Shown: positions 50,504 through 64,000 of the stretch, piece after piece
Position numbering within the stretch: the first letter of the stretch is position 1
How the letters are laid out: every line of letters begins with the position of its first letter
From: an uncultured Chloroflexia bacterium
GTDB taxonomy: Bacteria > Chloroflexota > Limnocylindria > QHBO01
Assembly (NCBI GenBank): GCA_963814375.1
Contig: CAWFCQ010000005.1
Span: forward strand, 224,001 to 288,000
Length of the DNA stretch: 64,000 nucleotides
Direction of reading: 5' to 3'
Position numbers and translations under genes: made by a program
The notes under the pieces: generated by a model
Database searches by the model: none
Told to the model about the DNA's origin: nothing
Seen by the model: only the letters and a program-made list of their open reading frames with translations

Positions 50504-53500
50504 TCAGGACAGGAGGAATTCCAGGTCGTCGCGGGTCAGGTTCTGGATCAGGCTGTTGTCGGCGTTGAGGATGGCGTCGGCCAGGTCGCGCTTGCTGCTG
50601 CTGGAGCTCGAGGATCTTCTCCTCGACCGTGTCGCGGCAGATCAGGCGGTAGGCGAAGACGTGCTGCGTCTGGCCGATGCGGTGCGCGCGGTCGATGGCC
50701 TGGGCCTCGACGGCGGGGTTCCACCAGGGGTCGAGCAGGAAGACGTACTCGGCGGCCGTCAGGTTCAGGCCGAGGCCGCCGGCCTTCAGGCTGATCAGGA
50801 AGAGCGGGCAGTCGGGGTCGTTCTGGAACCGCTCGACCCGCTCGGCGCGGTTGCGGGTCCGGCCGTCGAGGTATTCGTAGGTGAGCCCCTCGGCGTCGAG
50901 CCGGTCGCGGACGATCGCCAGGAAGCTGGTGAACTGCGAGAAGACCAGGACCTTGTGCCCCTCCTCGACGACCTCGGCCAGCTGCGGCAGGAGCATGTCG
51001 AGCTTGGCGCTGGGCTCGCCGACGCGGCTCGGGTCGATCAGGCCGGGGTGGCAGGCCGCCTGGCGCAGCCGCAGCAGCGCCTCGAGGACCTGGATCTTCG
51101 AGCGGTTCAGCTCGGCGGCGTCCTTGCGCGAGCAGCGCCTGGCGGTAGTGGTCGCGCAGCTCGTCGTAGAGCTTGCGCTGCGCCGGCTCCAGCTCGCAGT
51201 AGAGGGTCTGCTCGGTCTTCTCGGGCAGGTCCTTGGCGACCTGCTCCTTGGTCCGGCGGAGGATGAACGGCCGCAGCGGCCTTGGCCAGCAGCGTCGCGG
51301 GCCTCGTCGTCCGGCCGCCGAGCGCCGCCGGCGTGCCGCTTGAAGACCGAGGCCGGCGCCGAGCATGCCGGGGTTGAGGAACTCGAAGAGGGACCAGAGC
51401 TCGCCCAGGTGGTTCTCGATCGGCGTGCCGCTCAGCGCCAGGCGGTGCCGGCCCCGGAGCAGCCGGGCCGCCTTGGCCGCCTGGCTGTCGGCGTTCTTGA
51501 TCGCCTGCGCCTCGTCGAGGATCACGTAGTCGAACTCGAACTCGGCTCAGCTCGACGATGTCGCTGCGCAGCGTGCCGTAGGTCGTGAGGATCGAGGTCG
51601 TAGTCGTCGAAGTCGTCGCGCAGGGCGTGGCGGTCCGGGCCGGTGTAGTCGAGCACGCGCGAGCCGCGGGCGTGAACCGCGCGGCCTCCTGGTTCCAGTT
51701 GAAGACGAGCGAGCGCGGCACGACGACCAGCGACGGGCCCCTTGGCCTGCCGTCGCGCGCGGCGGCGCTGCAGCAGGGCCAGCACCTGGACCGTCTTGCC
51801 CAGGCCCATGTCGTCGGCCAGGCAGCCGCCGAAGCCGAACTTCTGGAGGAAGTCGAGCCAGCCCAGGCCCTCGCGCTGGTAGGGCCGCGAGCTCGCCGTG
51901 GAAGCCCGGCGGGCGCGTCGAGCGGCTCGACCCCCTCGAAGCGCGTGGAGCCGCTCGCGGACCTTGGTCGAACGCCGCGTCGACAGCGGACCTCGGGCTG
52001 CGCCGCCAGCAGGGCGTCGAGCAGGCCGGCCTGCGTCGCTGCCGAACCGGAGGTCGCCGTCCTCGGCGCGTGCCCAGCTCGGCCAGGATCCCGTACTTCT
52101 TGAGCCAGTCCTCGGGGAGCATCCCCATCGAGCCGTCGCCCAGGGCGACCATCGTCTCGCCCCGGCGCGGCGGCGGCCAGCAGGTCGGGCAGGCGGACGC
52201 TCCTGGCCGCCGAAGTCGACGCCGGCCGCCGAGCTCGAACCAGTCGATGCCGCGTGGTCACGGCGAGCTTGAACTCGCCGGCCGGGCGGATCAGCTTCCC
52301 CTCGGCCTCGACCCGCCAGCCGGCCCGACCAGGTCGCGCGGTCACCTGCGCCATCCGCTTCGGCGGGCAGCTCCAGCGTCCCCGGCTCGACGCGGAGGTC
52401 CTTCGCCTCGCGGAAGCCCAGCTCGAAGAGCAGGACGTCGGCCGCGGCCTCGGCCGCCGGCGTCGCGGCGGATGACCAGGCCGCAGCTCGGTCGAGACCG
52501 CCAGGCGGCCGTGGTCCGGCCCGCCGGGACGCAGCGCGCCGTCGTAGTCGAACTCGAGCTCGGCCAGGAGCCGGTCGGAGCCGGGCCCCAGTTCTGCCGC
52601 GGGGTCCGCAGGGTCAGGCAGGGCCGCGGCGCGGCGTCGATCTCCTCGAGCTTGAGCGTCTCGACCAGCTCCGACGGCGGCGACGCGGGCCTCGGCCAGG
52701 ATCCGGCCGAGCATGATGTCCTGCTGCGGGTCGGCGAAGACGATCTCCTTCTCGTGGCGGAGCCGGACGATCCAGGGCATCACCCCGGCGTCGTCGAACC
52801 GGGCGGCGCGGCCGACCCCCTGGATCAGCAGGCCGGGGACCAGGACCAGCGGCTCGGCCAGGTCCATCCGCGCCTCGCCCGCGGCGGAGCGAGCCGCGCC
52901 AGGCCCAGCGCTTGCCGCCGGGCTCGGGGCGGACGTCGAGCGCGAACCGCCAGGGCGGGCCGTCGTCCCAGCGGACCGTCGGCGGGTCCTCCTCGCCCTC
53001 GGTCCGGCGGAGCCGGAGCCGGCCGGTCCGCGCCGAGCCGCTCGACGACCGCCGCCTGCTCGTGCCGGAGCACGAACCGCCGCGTCCCCATCGCCTCGCC
53101 GCCATGCCGACCGCCCCCGAGCCGTTGACGTGGACGTTGACGTTGACCGCCGCCGCGGCGGGCGCCGCCGAGGCCGGCGGCGGCGGGCGATCGCCCTGGC
53201 CTCCTCGAGCAGCGCCAGGAGGTCGCGGTCCTCGGGGTCGTACCGGGCCAGCAACGGCGGCGGGCGCGTGCCACCAGGGCTTCAAGGGCCCCCAGTCGCC
53301 CCCGGGCCGGCGCTGGCGGCGGGCCAGGTCGATGACCACCTGGTTCTGGTCGAGCGTCGCCGGGACGTCGAGCACGTAGACCAGCAGGCGCTTCGCGTTC
53401 CGGGCCGCCGGCTTGGCCCGGGCCGGGTCGCGCCCCGCATGCGGCTGGGGCCTCCCCGGCGTCCGGCCCGGGGCCGGCCGATCCTTGGGGCGAGGCCGCG

Positions 53501-54002
53501 CCGATCGCGGCGGCGCCGGGCCGTGCGGCAGGGACGCTGGCGGGGCCGCGGGCCGGCGGCCGTGGGCCGCGCGACGCGGCCGCGCGGGCCGATGGCCGGG
53601 CCGGGCCGGGCGCCGGGCAGGCCGGGATGGGCGGCCGGGGCCCCGGCGCCGGCTGCGCCGGCCCCGCGTGCGGCACGGCGCGGCGGGTCGCTGACCAGCT
53701 TCAGGGGGCGGACCGGGGCCGCCTGCAGCAGCCTCCGCGCGTCGGCCGCCAGGACCGTCGCCCAGAGGTGCTTGCACGGGTCGCCGAACGGCCCGAAGTA
53801 CGGGCACGAGCACGACGCGTGGAGCCTCCCCCCGCGCAGCCGGAGCCGGACCCGGTACTTGGCCGTCCCCCGGACCTCGCGCGACGACCTCGCCGGCCGA
53901 GGCCGAGGTGATCGCGACCCGCCCCTTGGCGAAGTACGACTGGCCCCGCGAGCGGACCGCGTCGCTGAAATCCCGCGAGACTTTCTGGGCGATCCCCATC
54001 AT
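50504..54002 (-). CDS. SWIM Zn-finger + SNF2 helicase (many indels)
   Basis: [10 protein letters not shown]-x-C...[44 protein letters not shown]. Confidence 0.88.
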
Positions 54003-54289
54003 CCCTTCCCACTCGGTCGGGCCTCATCCCACCGTCATCCGCATCCGCGATCCGCGCATGCCCGCCGCCACGCGATCGCGGATGCCCGCGCAACCCACCG
54101 GCCACCTCGGCTCGCCTTGCCGAGAGGCCCCGGCCGATCCTGGAGGCCCCGCGTCGGGCCTGCGTGCCTCCGACTCCGCATCGCCGAACTCGAGGCACAG
54201 CAGAGCAAGGCGGGGAGCGCCGGTGCCACCGGTCGCCGGAGCGGGCCCGCCCGGTCCGACGGGCCCCACTCCCGCACGCGCGCCGGCGC

Positions 54290-56839
<2,550 letters not shown>

Positions 56840-56965
56840 CGCGGGATCACCTCGGCTGTTCCAGAGAATGGGGCGGGACCTCGGCCCGGCCCGCCGGTCC
56901 GGTCCCCTTCGCATTGTCGCGCCCTCCCGTCGCGGGCGCCTCGCGCCTCCGCCGTCAGACGCGCG

Positions 56966-57349
56966 TCACGACCGGTCGCGGGGCCGGCGGCGGGCCTTCG
57001 CATCGTCCGTCGGCGCGGCCGACGAGGCGGGGGGGTCGATCGGGCCGACGCGGAACCGGATGTCGTGAATGGACGTCCCCGACGCGTCGCGCCGGAGCGC
57101 GGCCAGGAGTGCGGGTTTGCGGTACGCGGCCAGCTCTTCCAGGAGCGTCGAGTGGGCCACCGTCACGTTCAGGACCCCGCGGCGGACCTCGCCGACCCGG
57201 GTCTGGTGGCACTGGGGTTCGCCGACCGCCGCGTTCCAGGCGTCCTCGAGTTCTTTCAGGCCTCGGAGCCGGCCGTAACCCCTGGTGGCGAACAACTCGC
57301 CCAGGATGTCGGACAGCGGCCTCGCTCCGCGGCGTTCCGGGCTCGACAT
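56966..57349 (-). CDS. DUF721/DciA family protein
   Basis: PLSDILGEL...AWNAAVG...GVLNVTV; lies between dnaN and gyrB. Confidence 0.8.
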   Translation of the reverse strand: MSSPERRGARPLSDILGELFATRGYGRLRGLKELEDAWNAAVGEPQCHQTRVGEVRRGVLNVTVAHSTLLEELAAYRKPALLAALRRDASGTSIHDIRFRVGPIDPPASSAAPTDDAKARRRPRDRS

Positions 57350-57543
57350 GCTGAACGTCCCGCGCCCGAAGGCCGGGCCCTCCGTTCCGCCGCGCCCACG
57401 GGGATGAACGCGCTTCCATTATAACCGAGGGTCCCGCGCATCGCAACGGGCCGTCGACGCGTTGCCACAAAACACCACTCGCTCGCCGGACGATCGGAAC
57501 CGGCCGGTCCGGGGGCCCGGCCTCCGCCGAGGACCTCGCTCGA

Positions 57544-58664
57544 CTAGCGGTCGCGGGTCAGGGGCATGACCACGTACGTGTAGCCGTCGTCGGTCTTGAA
57601 GACGGCGGCGTTCTTGTGGTCGATCAGCTCGGCGGTGATGGACGCCTGCTCGTCGAGCGTCCGGAGGGCGTCGGTCAGGTAGCGGGGGTCGAAGGTGATC
57701 TCGATCGTCCTTGCCCTCGTAGGCGATCGGCAGCTCGACGTGCGACCGCCCGACGTCGGCCGCCTGGCTGGAGAGCCTCAGCAGGCCGTCGGAGAACCGG
57801 AAGTCGACCCCCCGGCTCTCCTCGCTCGTGACGATCGAGGCCTGCTCGACGACCAGGCGGAGCGGGCCGACCTCCATCGGGATCTTGACCTCGACGCTGC
57901 TGGGGAAGACGTCCTGATAGCGCGGGAAGCGGCCCTCGACCAGGCGGCTGTAGATGATCGCCCGCTCGGTCCGGACGAGCACGGCGGTCCCCGACTGGAT
58001 GGCCAGGTGCACCGGCGGGTCGTCGTCGTCGAGGTTGCGTTCGATCAGCTTCAGGGCCTTGACCGGGACGACCGGGCTCCCGGTCGGGGCGACCGCGCCG
58101 TTCTCGGCCTCGGCCGGCGCCGACATCCGCGCCAGGCGACGGCCGTCGGTGCCGACCATCGTGATCGAGTCGTCCGAGAGCTCGACCAGGACCCCGCCGA
58201 GCGCGTACCGCGTGCTCTCGACGTCGGTGGCGAACATCGTCCGGCGGATCAGCCTCTTCAGGTCGGCCGCCGCCACCGACGTGGTAGCTGGACGCCGCGA
58301 AGTCGGGGACCTCGGGGAAGAGGCTCGGGTCGTCGCTCGGCAGCGTGAACTCGGCGTGCAGCCCGCGCACGATCAGGCTGTCGCCGTCGGTCTCGATGGC
58401 CAGCTCCTCGTCGGTGCTCGTCCGCAAGATCGACCCCATCCGCGAGGTCGGCAGGATGGCCGAGCCCGGCTGGTCCACCTTCACGCCGAGCACCCGGTAG
58501 CGGACCCCCACCTCGAGGTCGGTGGCCATGACGATCGACCCCTCGTCCGGGTCGGCCACCAGCTTGATGTTCTGCAGGATCGGCTTGGGGCTCCGGGAGG
58601 GGACCACCCCGCCGACCATCCCGAACGCGGCGAGCAGTCCTTCGCGGTTGCACAAGGCCTTCAT
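57544..58664 (-). CDS. dnaN: DNA polymerase III beta clamp (two indels)
   Basis: ATDLEVG, TRYALGG, GTDGRRLA, SRLVEGRFP, YVVMP. Confidence 0.93.
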
Positions 58665-58739
58665 GCGTCTTCCCCGCGTGAAACCTGATTGACGTCGCAC
58701 CCCCTCAGGGCGTCCGCGCCCTCTTCTCTGGGGTTGCAT

Positions 58740-59045
58740 CGTCTTCTATACGGTTCGAAGAGAGTAATTTCACCGTCGTCTTCTTCGAAGCGCGACCCCA
58801 CCGCTGTGGACAACCGCAGTCGAGCCTTGAACAAACCCATGATACCCAAAGAGTTACCCGGGGACAACGTCCCTTGAACGGCGGGGGAAAACTCGTTGAC
58901 AACCCCGTCGCGCCCTCCGGCAGCGCCCGCCGCCCGGGCGCCCGCCCGATGTCGCTCCGCGACCGGCCCTGTGGGAAACCCTCGCCCATGCTCCCCGGCG
59001 CGACAGGGTTGTCAACAGGTTTTCCCCCATCGCCCGTGGATAACT
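58740..59045. other. Candidate replication origin (DnaA-box cluster) upstream of dnaN
   Basis: TGTGGACAA (58805), CGTTGACAA (58894), TGTGGGAAA (58970), TTGTCAACA (59009), CGTGGATAA (59035); AT-richer segment 58740-58790. Confidence 0.65.
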
Positions 59046-59491
59046 TCCCCCTCGGCGGCCGGACGGGGCCGCCACGGCGGCCTCGGAGGGATGGCGAAGC
59101 CCGACATCCCCGGGCTCGCGAGACCCCTGGACGAGGCGATGCTGGCGGGGCTTCTCAGCCCCGGAGGGGCGTCAGTCCATGCCCGGGCGCAGAGCCCTGG
59201 GCCGTCCGGCTCGAGGCGACTGATCGCTGCCTGCCCCGGCAGGGGCGCAGGGCCATGCGACCCGCACCTGCCGACCCTCCGGTCGCTCGAGATGTCGATC
59301 GCCCGGAGCGCCCTGGTCGCGACGGCTCGCGCCGTGAGGCGTGGACAGCCGGCCCTCGGCGTAAGTTGCGTAAGAGTGAGTCCTCGGACGCATCCTACGC
59401 TCGAGTATGCTTCGCGGCCGATTCGCATCCTCGATTCGCGGGATTTGGTCTACGATGCCCGCTCGCGGAGGAGGCGGGATTCGTCACTCCG

Positions 59492-61074
59492 ATGACCAGG
59501 TGGTCCAGGCAGGAGGCCCCGGGGATGCCCGAGACCCGGCTGGGGGGCGTGCGGCTGGCGATGATCGTGGCGATGGCGGCGGGGACGCTGGGCCTGGGCC
59601 TGGGGGGCTCGGGCCGCCTGACGTACCACGAGGCGTTCGTCGCGCAGGGGCGCGCGAGATGATCGCGCGGGGGGATGTCCTGGTCCCGACGATCGGCGGG
59701 CGCCCCTGGCTGGAGAAGCCGCCGATGGTCTGGTGGCTGGTGGCGCTGGCGGGGAGGATCGCGGGGGGGGTGAGCGAGGCCGCCGCGCGGGCCCCGTCGG
59801 CGCTGGCCGCGACGGCCCTGGCGCTGGGGGTGGCGACCCTCGCCGCGCGGAGGTTCGGCGCCACGGCCGGGCTGCTCGCCGGCCTGGTCCAGGCGAGCAC
59901 GTCGTGGACGGTGATGCGGGGCCGGCTGGCCGAGGCCGACATGCTCCTGGCCTGCCTGGTCACCTGGACGATGGTGGCGTTCGACCGCTCCCGGGGCGAG
60001 CCGGAGGGCAGGCGCCCCTGGCGCTGGGCGTTCTTCGCCGGGCTCGGGCTGACGTCCCTGGCCAAGGGGATCGGCTTCGGCGCCGTGATGGTCGGGGCCT
60101 CGGTGGCATTGGTCGTGGCGTGGGACCGCGACCGCGAGGCGCTGCGCCGGCTCCGATTCTGGCCGGGGTGGGCGCTGGCGGGGATCGTCGCGACTGACCT
60201 GGCCGGTCCTGACGGCCCTGCGCCACCCGTCGGTCCTGGGGCTCTGGACGCTGCACGTGACCGACCGCCTGGCGAGTCGTCCCGAGCACTTCGCCGGCGG
60301 GCCGTGGTGGCAGTACGGCCCCGCCCTGCTCGTGCAGGCCCTGCCCTGGACCCCGCTGGCCCTGCTGGGGGCCGGCCCGTCGCTGGTCCGCGCCTTCGCC
60401 GGCCGGGGCCGGGGCGGGGGCGATCGCCTCCTCTGGGCCTGGGCGGTCGCGCCGGTGGTGCTCCTCTCGCTGGCGACGGTCAAGAACGCCCATTACGCGA
60501 TCCACGCCCTCCCCCCTGGTCGATCTGGGCCGCCCTGGGCCTGATGCAGGCTCGGCGAGCGGCTGCGCCGGCGCGGCTGGACGCCCGATCGGGTCCGTCG
60601 GGGCGCGTGGATCGGCTTCGCGGGCCTCGGCCTGGCCATCGGCCTGGGATTCGCCATCGCTCGGCCCCCGGTTCGACCGCCGCGGGGTCGAGTGGGCCTT
60701 CTACGAGGACGCCGCGCGCCTCCTGCGGCCGGGCGAGCCGCTCGCCCTGCTCTACGACGACTGGGACCGCGACCCGTATCCGACGCCGTTCGGCCCCGTC
60801 CCGCACGACCTGGCCGTCCGCCTCTACTACCTCGACCGCCCCGCCTGCTGGCGGCTCGGCGTCGCAGTCGCTCGCCGACCGACCGCCGGCGCCCTCGCGC
60901 GAGGCCTTCGCCGTCATCGGCCGCGACCGCGACCTCCCCGGCCTGCGCCGGCTGGGCCGCGTCGAGACCGTGGCCCGCGGGCCGGCCACCCGGTTCGACC
61001 GCACCTACGCGCTGTTCCGCGTCACGCCGGGCGAATGGGACCTGGCCGCCAAGGACCAGGATGGGAAGAGATAG
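59492..61074 (+). CDS. ArnT/PMT-family (GT-C) glycosyltransferase (several indels)
   Basis: HEAFVAQ, PWLEKPP, AARAPSA, LAKG; multi-TM. Confidence 0.8.
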
Positions 61075-61101
61075 CGGATCCGAACGTCCCGGCTGGCGCT
61101 A

Positions 61102-62233
61102 AGCAACTCGCCAGAATTAATTTGACACGCCGTTTGCTCATGAGCAGCCTCCGGATGGAGGAGAAGCCCATGAGCCGGCTCAACCTGACTTCCTGGCAAC
61201 GGCGGCGCCTCCGGCGTCAACTCGCGGAGACCCGGGATGCCCGCCTCTTTCGGCGGACCTTGGCCGTCTTGGAGTTCGACCACGGTCGCTCCGCCGCCGA
61301 CATCGCCCGCATGCTCGGGGTGACCCGGCAGAGTGTCTACGACTGGGTCGAGGCTTACACTCGAGGACCACGACCCCGCGTCCCTGGAGGACGAGGGAGG
61401 CCGGGGGCGTCGCCCGCTGCTGGACGAAGACCAGGAGCACTTGCTGGAGGCCCTCCTCGCCGTCTCGCCCCAGGACCTCGGCTACCCGCACGTGAGCTGG
61501 ACGGTGCCTCTGCTCCGCGAGGCCCTGGAGATCGCCACGGAGCAACGGGTGTCCGATGACACCCTTCGCCGGGCACTGCGCCGACTGGACTACGTCTGGA
61601 AGCGGCCGCGCTACGACCTGGACCCGGACCCGGAGCGCGAGAAAAAAACGCCGCATTCGCCGGCAAATCCGGGCCCTGCCGCGGCGCAGCGTCGTGCTGG
61701 CCCAGGACGAGACCGACCTGCTGCTGTTCCCGCCGTTGCGCGCCGCTTGGTCGAAGCGCGGCGAAGTCGCCAAGGTCTGGCTGAGCGGCCGCAACGCCCG
61801 GCGGGTGATCTTCGGGGCGATGAACCTGCGGACGGGGACACGGCTGTTCGTGCCGCGCGAGAAGGGGCGGAGTGGTGACTTCCAGGCGTTCCTCGGGGAG
61901 GTCCGGTCGCACTACCGGGGCTGGCATGTGGCCCTGTTGCTCGACGAGGATCCCTCGCACACGGCCAAGGCCTCGCTGCGTGAGGCCGAGGGGATGACGC
62001 TGTTGTGGCTGCCGAAGCGGTCGCCGAAGTTGAACCCGATGGATACGCTGTGGGGGCAGGGCAAGGACGTGATCAGCGCCAACAAGCAGTACGCGACCAT
62101 CGAGGAGCAGGTGGATCGCTTCCTCGGTCATCTGCGCAGCCTGACGAATCAGGAGGCACTGCATACGTCCGGCGTCCTCTCCAGGAGGTTCTGGCTCAAG
62201 AGGGCGTTGTCAGATTAATTCTGCGGAGTTGCT
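61102..62233 (+). mobile_element. IS630-family insertion sequence
   Basis: 26-bp IRs AGCAACTC..CAGAATTAAT.TGACA (23/26 identical), TA duplication at 61100-01 and 62234-35. Confidence 0.9.
61170..62218 (+). CDS. IS630 transposase orfA/orfB with probable programmed -1 frameshift
   Basis: HTH, WKRPR, A7 run at 61642-48, QDET, LLDEDPSH, SPKLNPMD. Confidence 0.85.
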
Positions 62234-62586
62234 TAGGTCTCCTCGCCGGACATCGAGACGCGGCCGTTGCGGTCGTGGAGTCGGCCCAGCGTCCGGTCGA
62301 GGACGTGGATCATCTTGTCGACCGCCCCGCTGACCGCCTCGTCGATGCCGGTGGCCCTTTCATCGACCGCGACCGGCTGGTGCCCGGCCAGGCTGACCTC
62401 GATGGAGCACCGGGTGTCGACGCCCCCCTTGTGGGCGTTCATGTCCTGCAAGTAGACCTCGACCCGCCGGATCCGGTCGACAAACCGATCGCTCAAGGCA
62501 CCCTCGACCTCGGCTCGAATGCTGCTGGTCAGGTCTTCGCTATTCTCGATATGGTTGTCGGTGCGAACCTGGAAATGCACGGTCAA
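62233..62586 (-). CDS. HPF/RaiA family ribosome-associated protein
   Basis: FQVRTDNHI...IRRVEVYLQD...RCSIEV. Confidence 0.82.
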   Translation of the reverse strand: MTVHFQVRTDNHIENSEDLTSSIRAEVEGALSDRFVDRIRRVEVYLQDMNAHKGGVDTRCSIEVSLAGHQPVAVDERATGIDEAVSGAVDKMIHVLDRTLGRLHDRNGRVSMSGEET

Positions 62587-62706
62587 TCCTCCCCGGGTTA
62601 CGATGCGTTTCGGTCAAAGTCGTTCGAGCAATGTGTGTGCCAATATTCCGAGCCATGGCGATCGAGGGGATCTTCGTGCTGACCGTCGGCCGCTCCTCCG
62701 GGGGTG

Positions 62707-62916
62707 TCACGGACAACCTGTCGTCCGCGTCGCGGAGCGACGAGGCTCCGGCGGCAGGTCGTGGATGTAGATGTGCTCCTCGAGCTGGACGATGTAGCTC
62801 GGGCCGATCCGCGGGGCCAGCTCCCGGCGCATCGCCGAGAGGAACTCCGTGTGGAAGTCCAGCCAGTGGGCGGCCTGCTCGAAGTAGGGGTTCATGCCCG
62901 GGAAGGGGGACGGCAT
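62707..62916 (-). pseudogene. DUF4058-family N-terminal fragment
   Basis: MPSPFPGMNPYFE...WLDFH, truncated after about 55 aa. Confidence 0.65.
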
Positions 62917-63124
62917 CGCGCTCTCCTCCGGCTCCGGTCCTCCGCATCATGGTATCATCGCGGATGATCCGGGCGAAGCTCCGGGCCGCGGACTGGCCGG
63001 CCCACCGGGCCTCCTGAGCTCCCGCAGCGGCATCCTGGGCAGATGACGCATCGAGGAATCGACCTTTCCAATGGCCCGATTCCCCACGCTCAGCCCGGTA
63101 AGGCGGCCAGATTCCCGTCCTCGC

Positions 63125-63524
63125 TCAGGGGTAGAGGCCATGGGCGATCAAGGCGGCGCGCAGTTGCAGCCGCTGCCCCGCGTTCATGGAGAGCACCTGC
63201 ACCGTCGCCCGGCCCGTGGGCGTGAGGCCGAGGAATCCGCGGGCCATGCAGCTCGAAATGATCCGCCCAGGACTGCTCTCGCGGGTGGAACAACCGCTCG
63301 ACCTGGCCGGTCTCGCGGTCGATGCCCGTGAGGTCCGACCCCTTGAACAGATTGCACCGCTCGCACGCGAGACAGAGGTTCGATACGTCATCGCTCCCGC
63401 CGTGCTTGCGGGCTACGATGTGCTCGACGTGGTGGGAGAGCTCGACGTGGTCCTGATGGACCAGGCAATATTCGCAGCGGCCTCCGGCACGAGTCCGGAC
63501 GGTTGCGCGGGTGGCCGGATCCAT
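63125..63524 (-). CDS. HNH endonuclease (frameshift near 63240)
   Basis: RCEYC, EHIVARKHGG, NLCLACERCN, LFHPR, GLTPTGRATV. Confidence 0.85.
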
Positions 63525-63783
63525 CAGCTCGTGCCGTTGGCTTCGAGGTGACGCTTCGCCTTGAGCTTGAAGATGGCCAGCAGGTCCGCCGCCTCGATGT
63601 AGCTCAGGTACTCATCCCGCTCGTCGGGGGTCAGCTCCCCCTCGTTGGCGCGCCGGCCAAGACCTCGACCCGCGGCTCAGTCTCCGGGTCGATGCGGAGG
63701 TCGAGGATGCTGCGGGCCGCCTCCGCGTTCAGGCACGCCGCGAGCGGGTCGAGGAGCCGGTCCATGAAGTGCGCCGCATGCAT
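63524..63783 (-). CDS. Small helical protein coupled to the HNH gene (antitoxin-like; one indel)
   Basis: LDPLAACL...ANEGELTPDERDEYLSY; TGATG overlap with the HNH start. Confidence 0.55.
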
Positions 63784-63848
63784 TTGAGTCTCCAGGAATG
63801 GCCCGTTCTCCCTTCTCCGTCATCGTACCGCGAATCGGCCGGACCTGG

Positions 63849-64000
63849 CTATCCTACGGGATCAGGCCTGGTCGGGCGAAGCGTCGGGCCGACGGGCTCG
63901 GGGCCCTTGCCGAAGAGGAGGTAGAGGACGGGCAGGGCGAGCATGGTCAGGAAGGTGTCGCAGGCCATGCCGAAGACGACGACCGTGGCCAGCGGCCGCT
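63849..64000 (-). CDS. CusA/CzcA-type RND efflux transporter, C-terminus
   Basis: RPLATVVVFGM...TFLTMLALPVLY. Confidence 0.75.
   Translation of the reverse strand, partial: RPLATVVVFGMACDTFLTMLALPVLYLLFGKGPEPVGPTLRPTRPDPVG

Overview
High-GC (about 70%) bacterial sequence with many single-base indels, probably long-read errors. It appears to be two unrelated genomes joined at about 42,253. The left part (1-42,253) looks Chloroflexota-like (inference): many leaderless genes, GAAC-N4-GTTC SOS boxes, carAB, a split imuA-imuB / dnaE2 mutasome, aapJQMP, a TetR / RPH-like / TipA cluster, leuS-comEA-comEC-holA and obgE-nadD-rsfS. The right part (42,254-64,000) looks Planctomycetota-like (inference): TA genes, IS4 and IS630 elements, surE, a SWIM-SNF2 helicase, gyrB-DUF721-dnaN and a DnaA-box cluster with no dnaA. 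Top finding: a complete Leu(CUC) T-box riboswitch upstream of GNAT-leuS that carries an intact tRNA-Ala(GGC) gene inside it, apparently as the loop of Stem III. Second: a 136-nt palindromic element inserted without breaking the frame in imuB and dnaE2, translated in different frames, with a third degenerate copy in dnaE2. Family names come from motif recognition; no searches were run.
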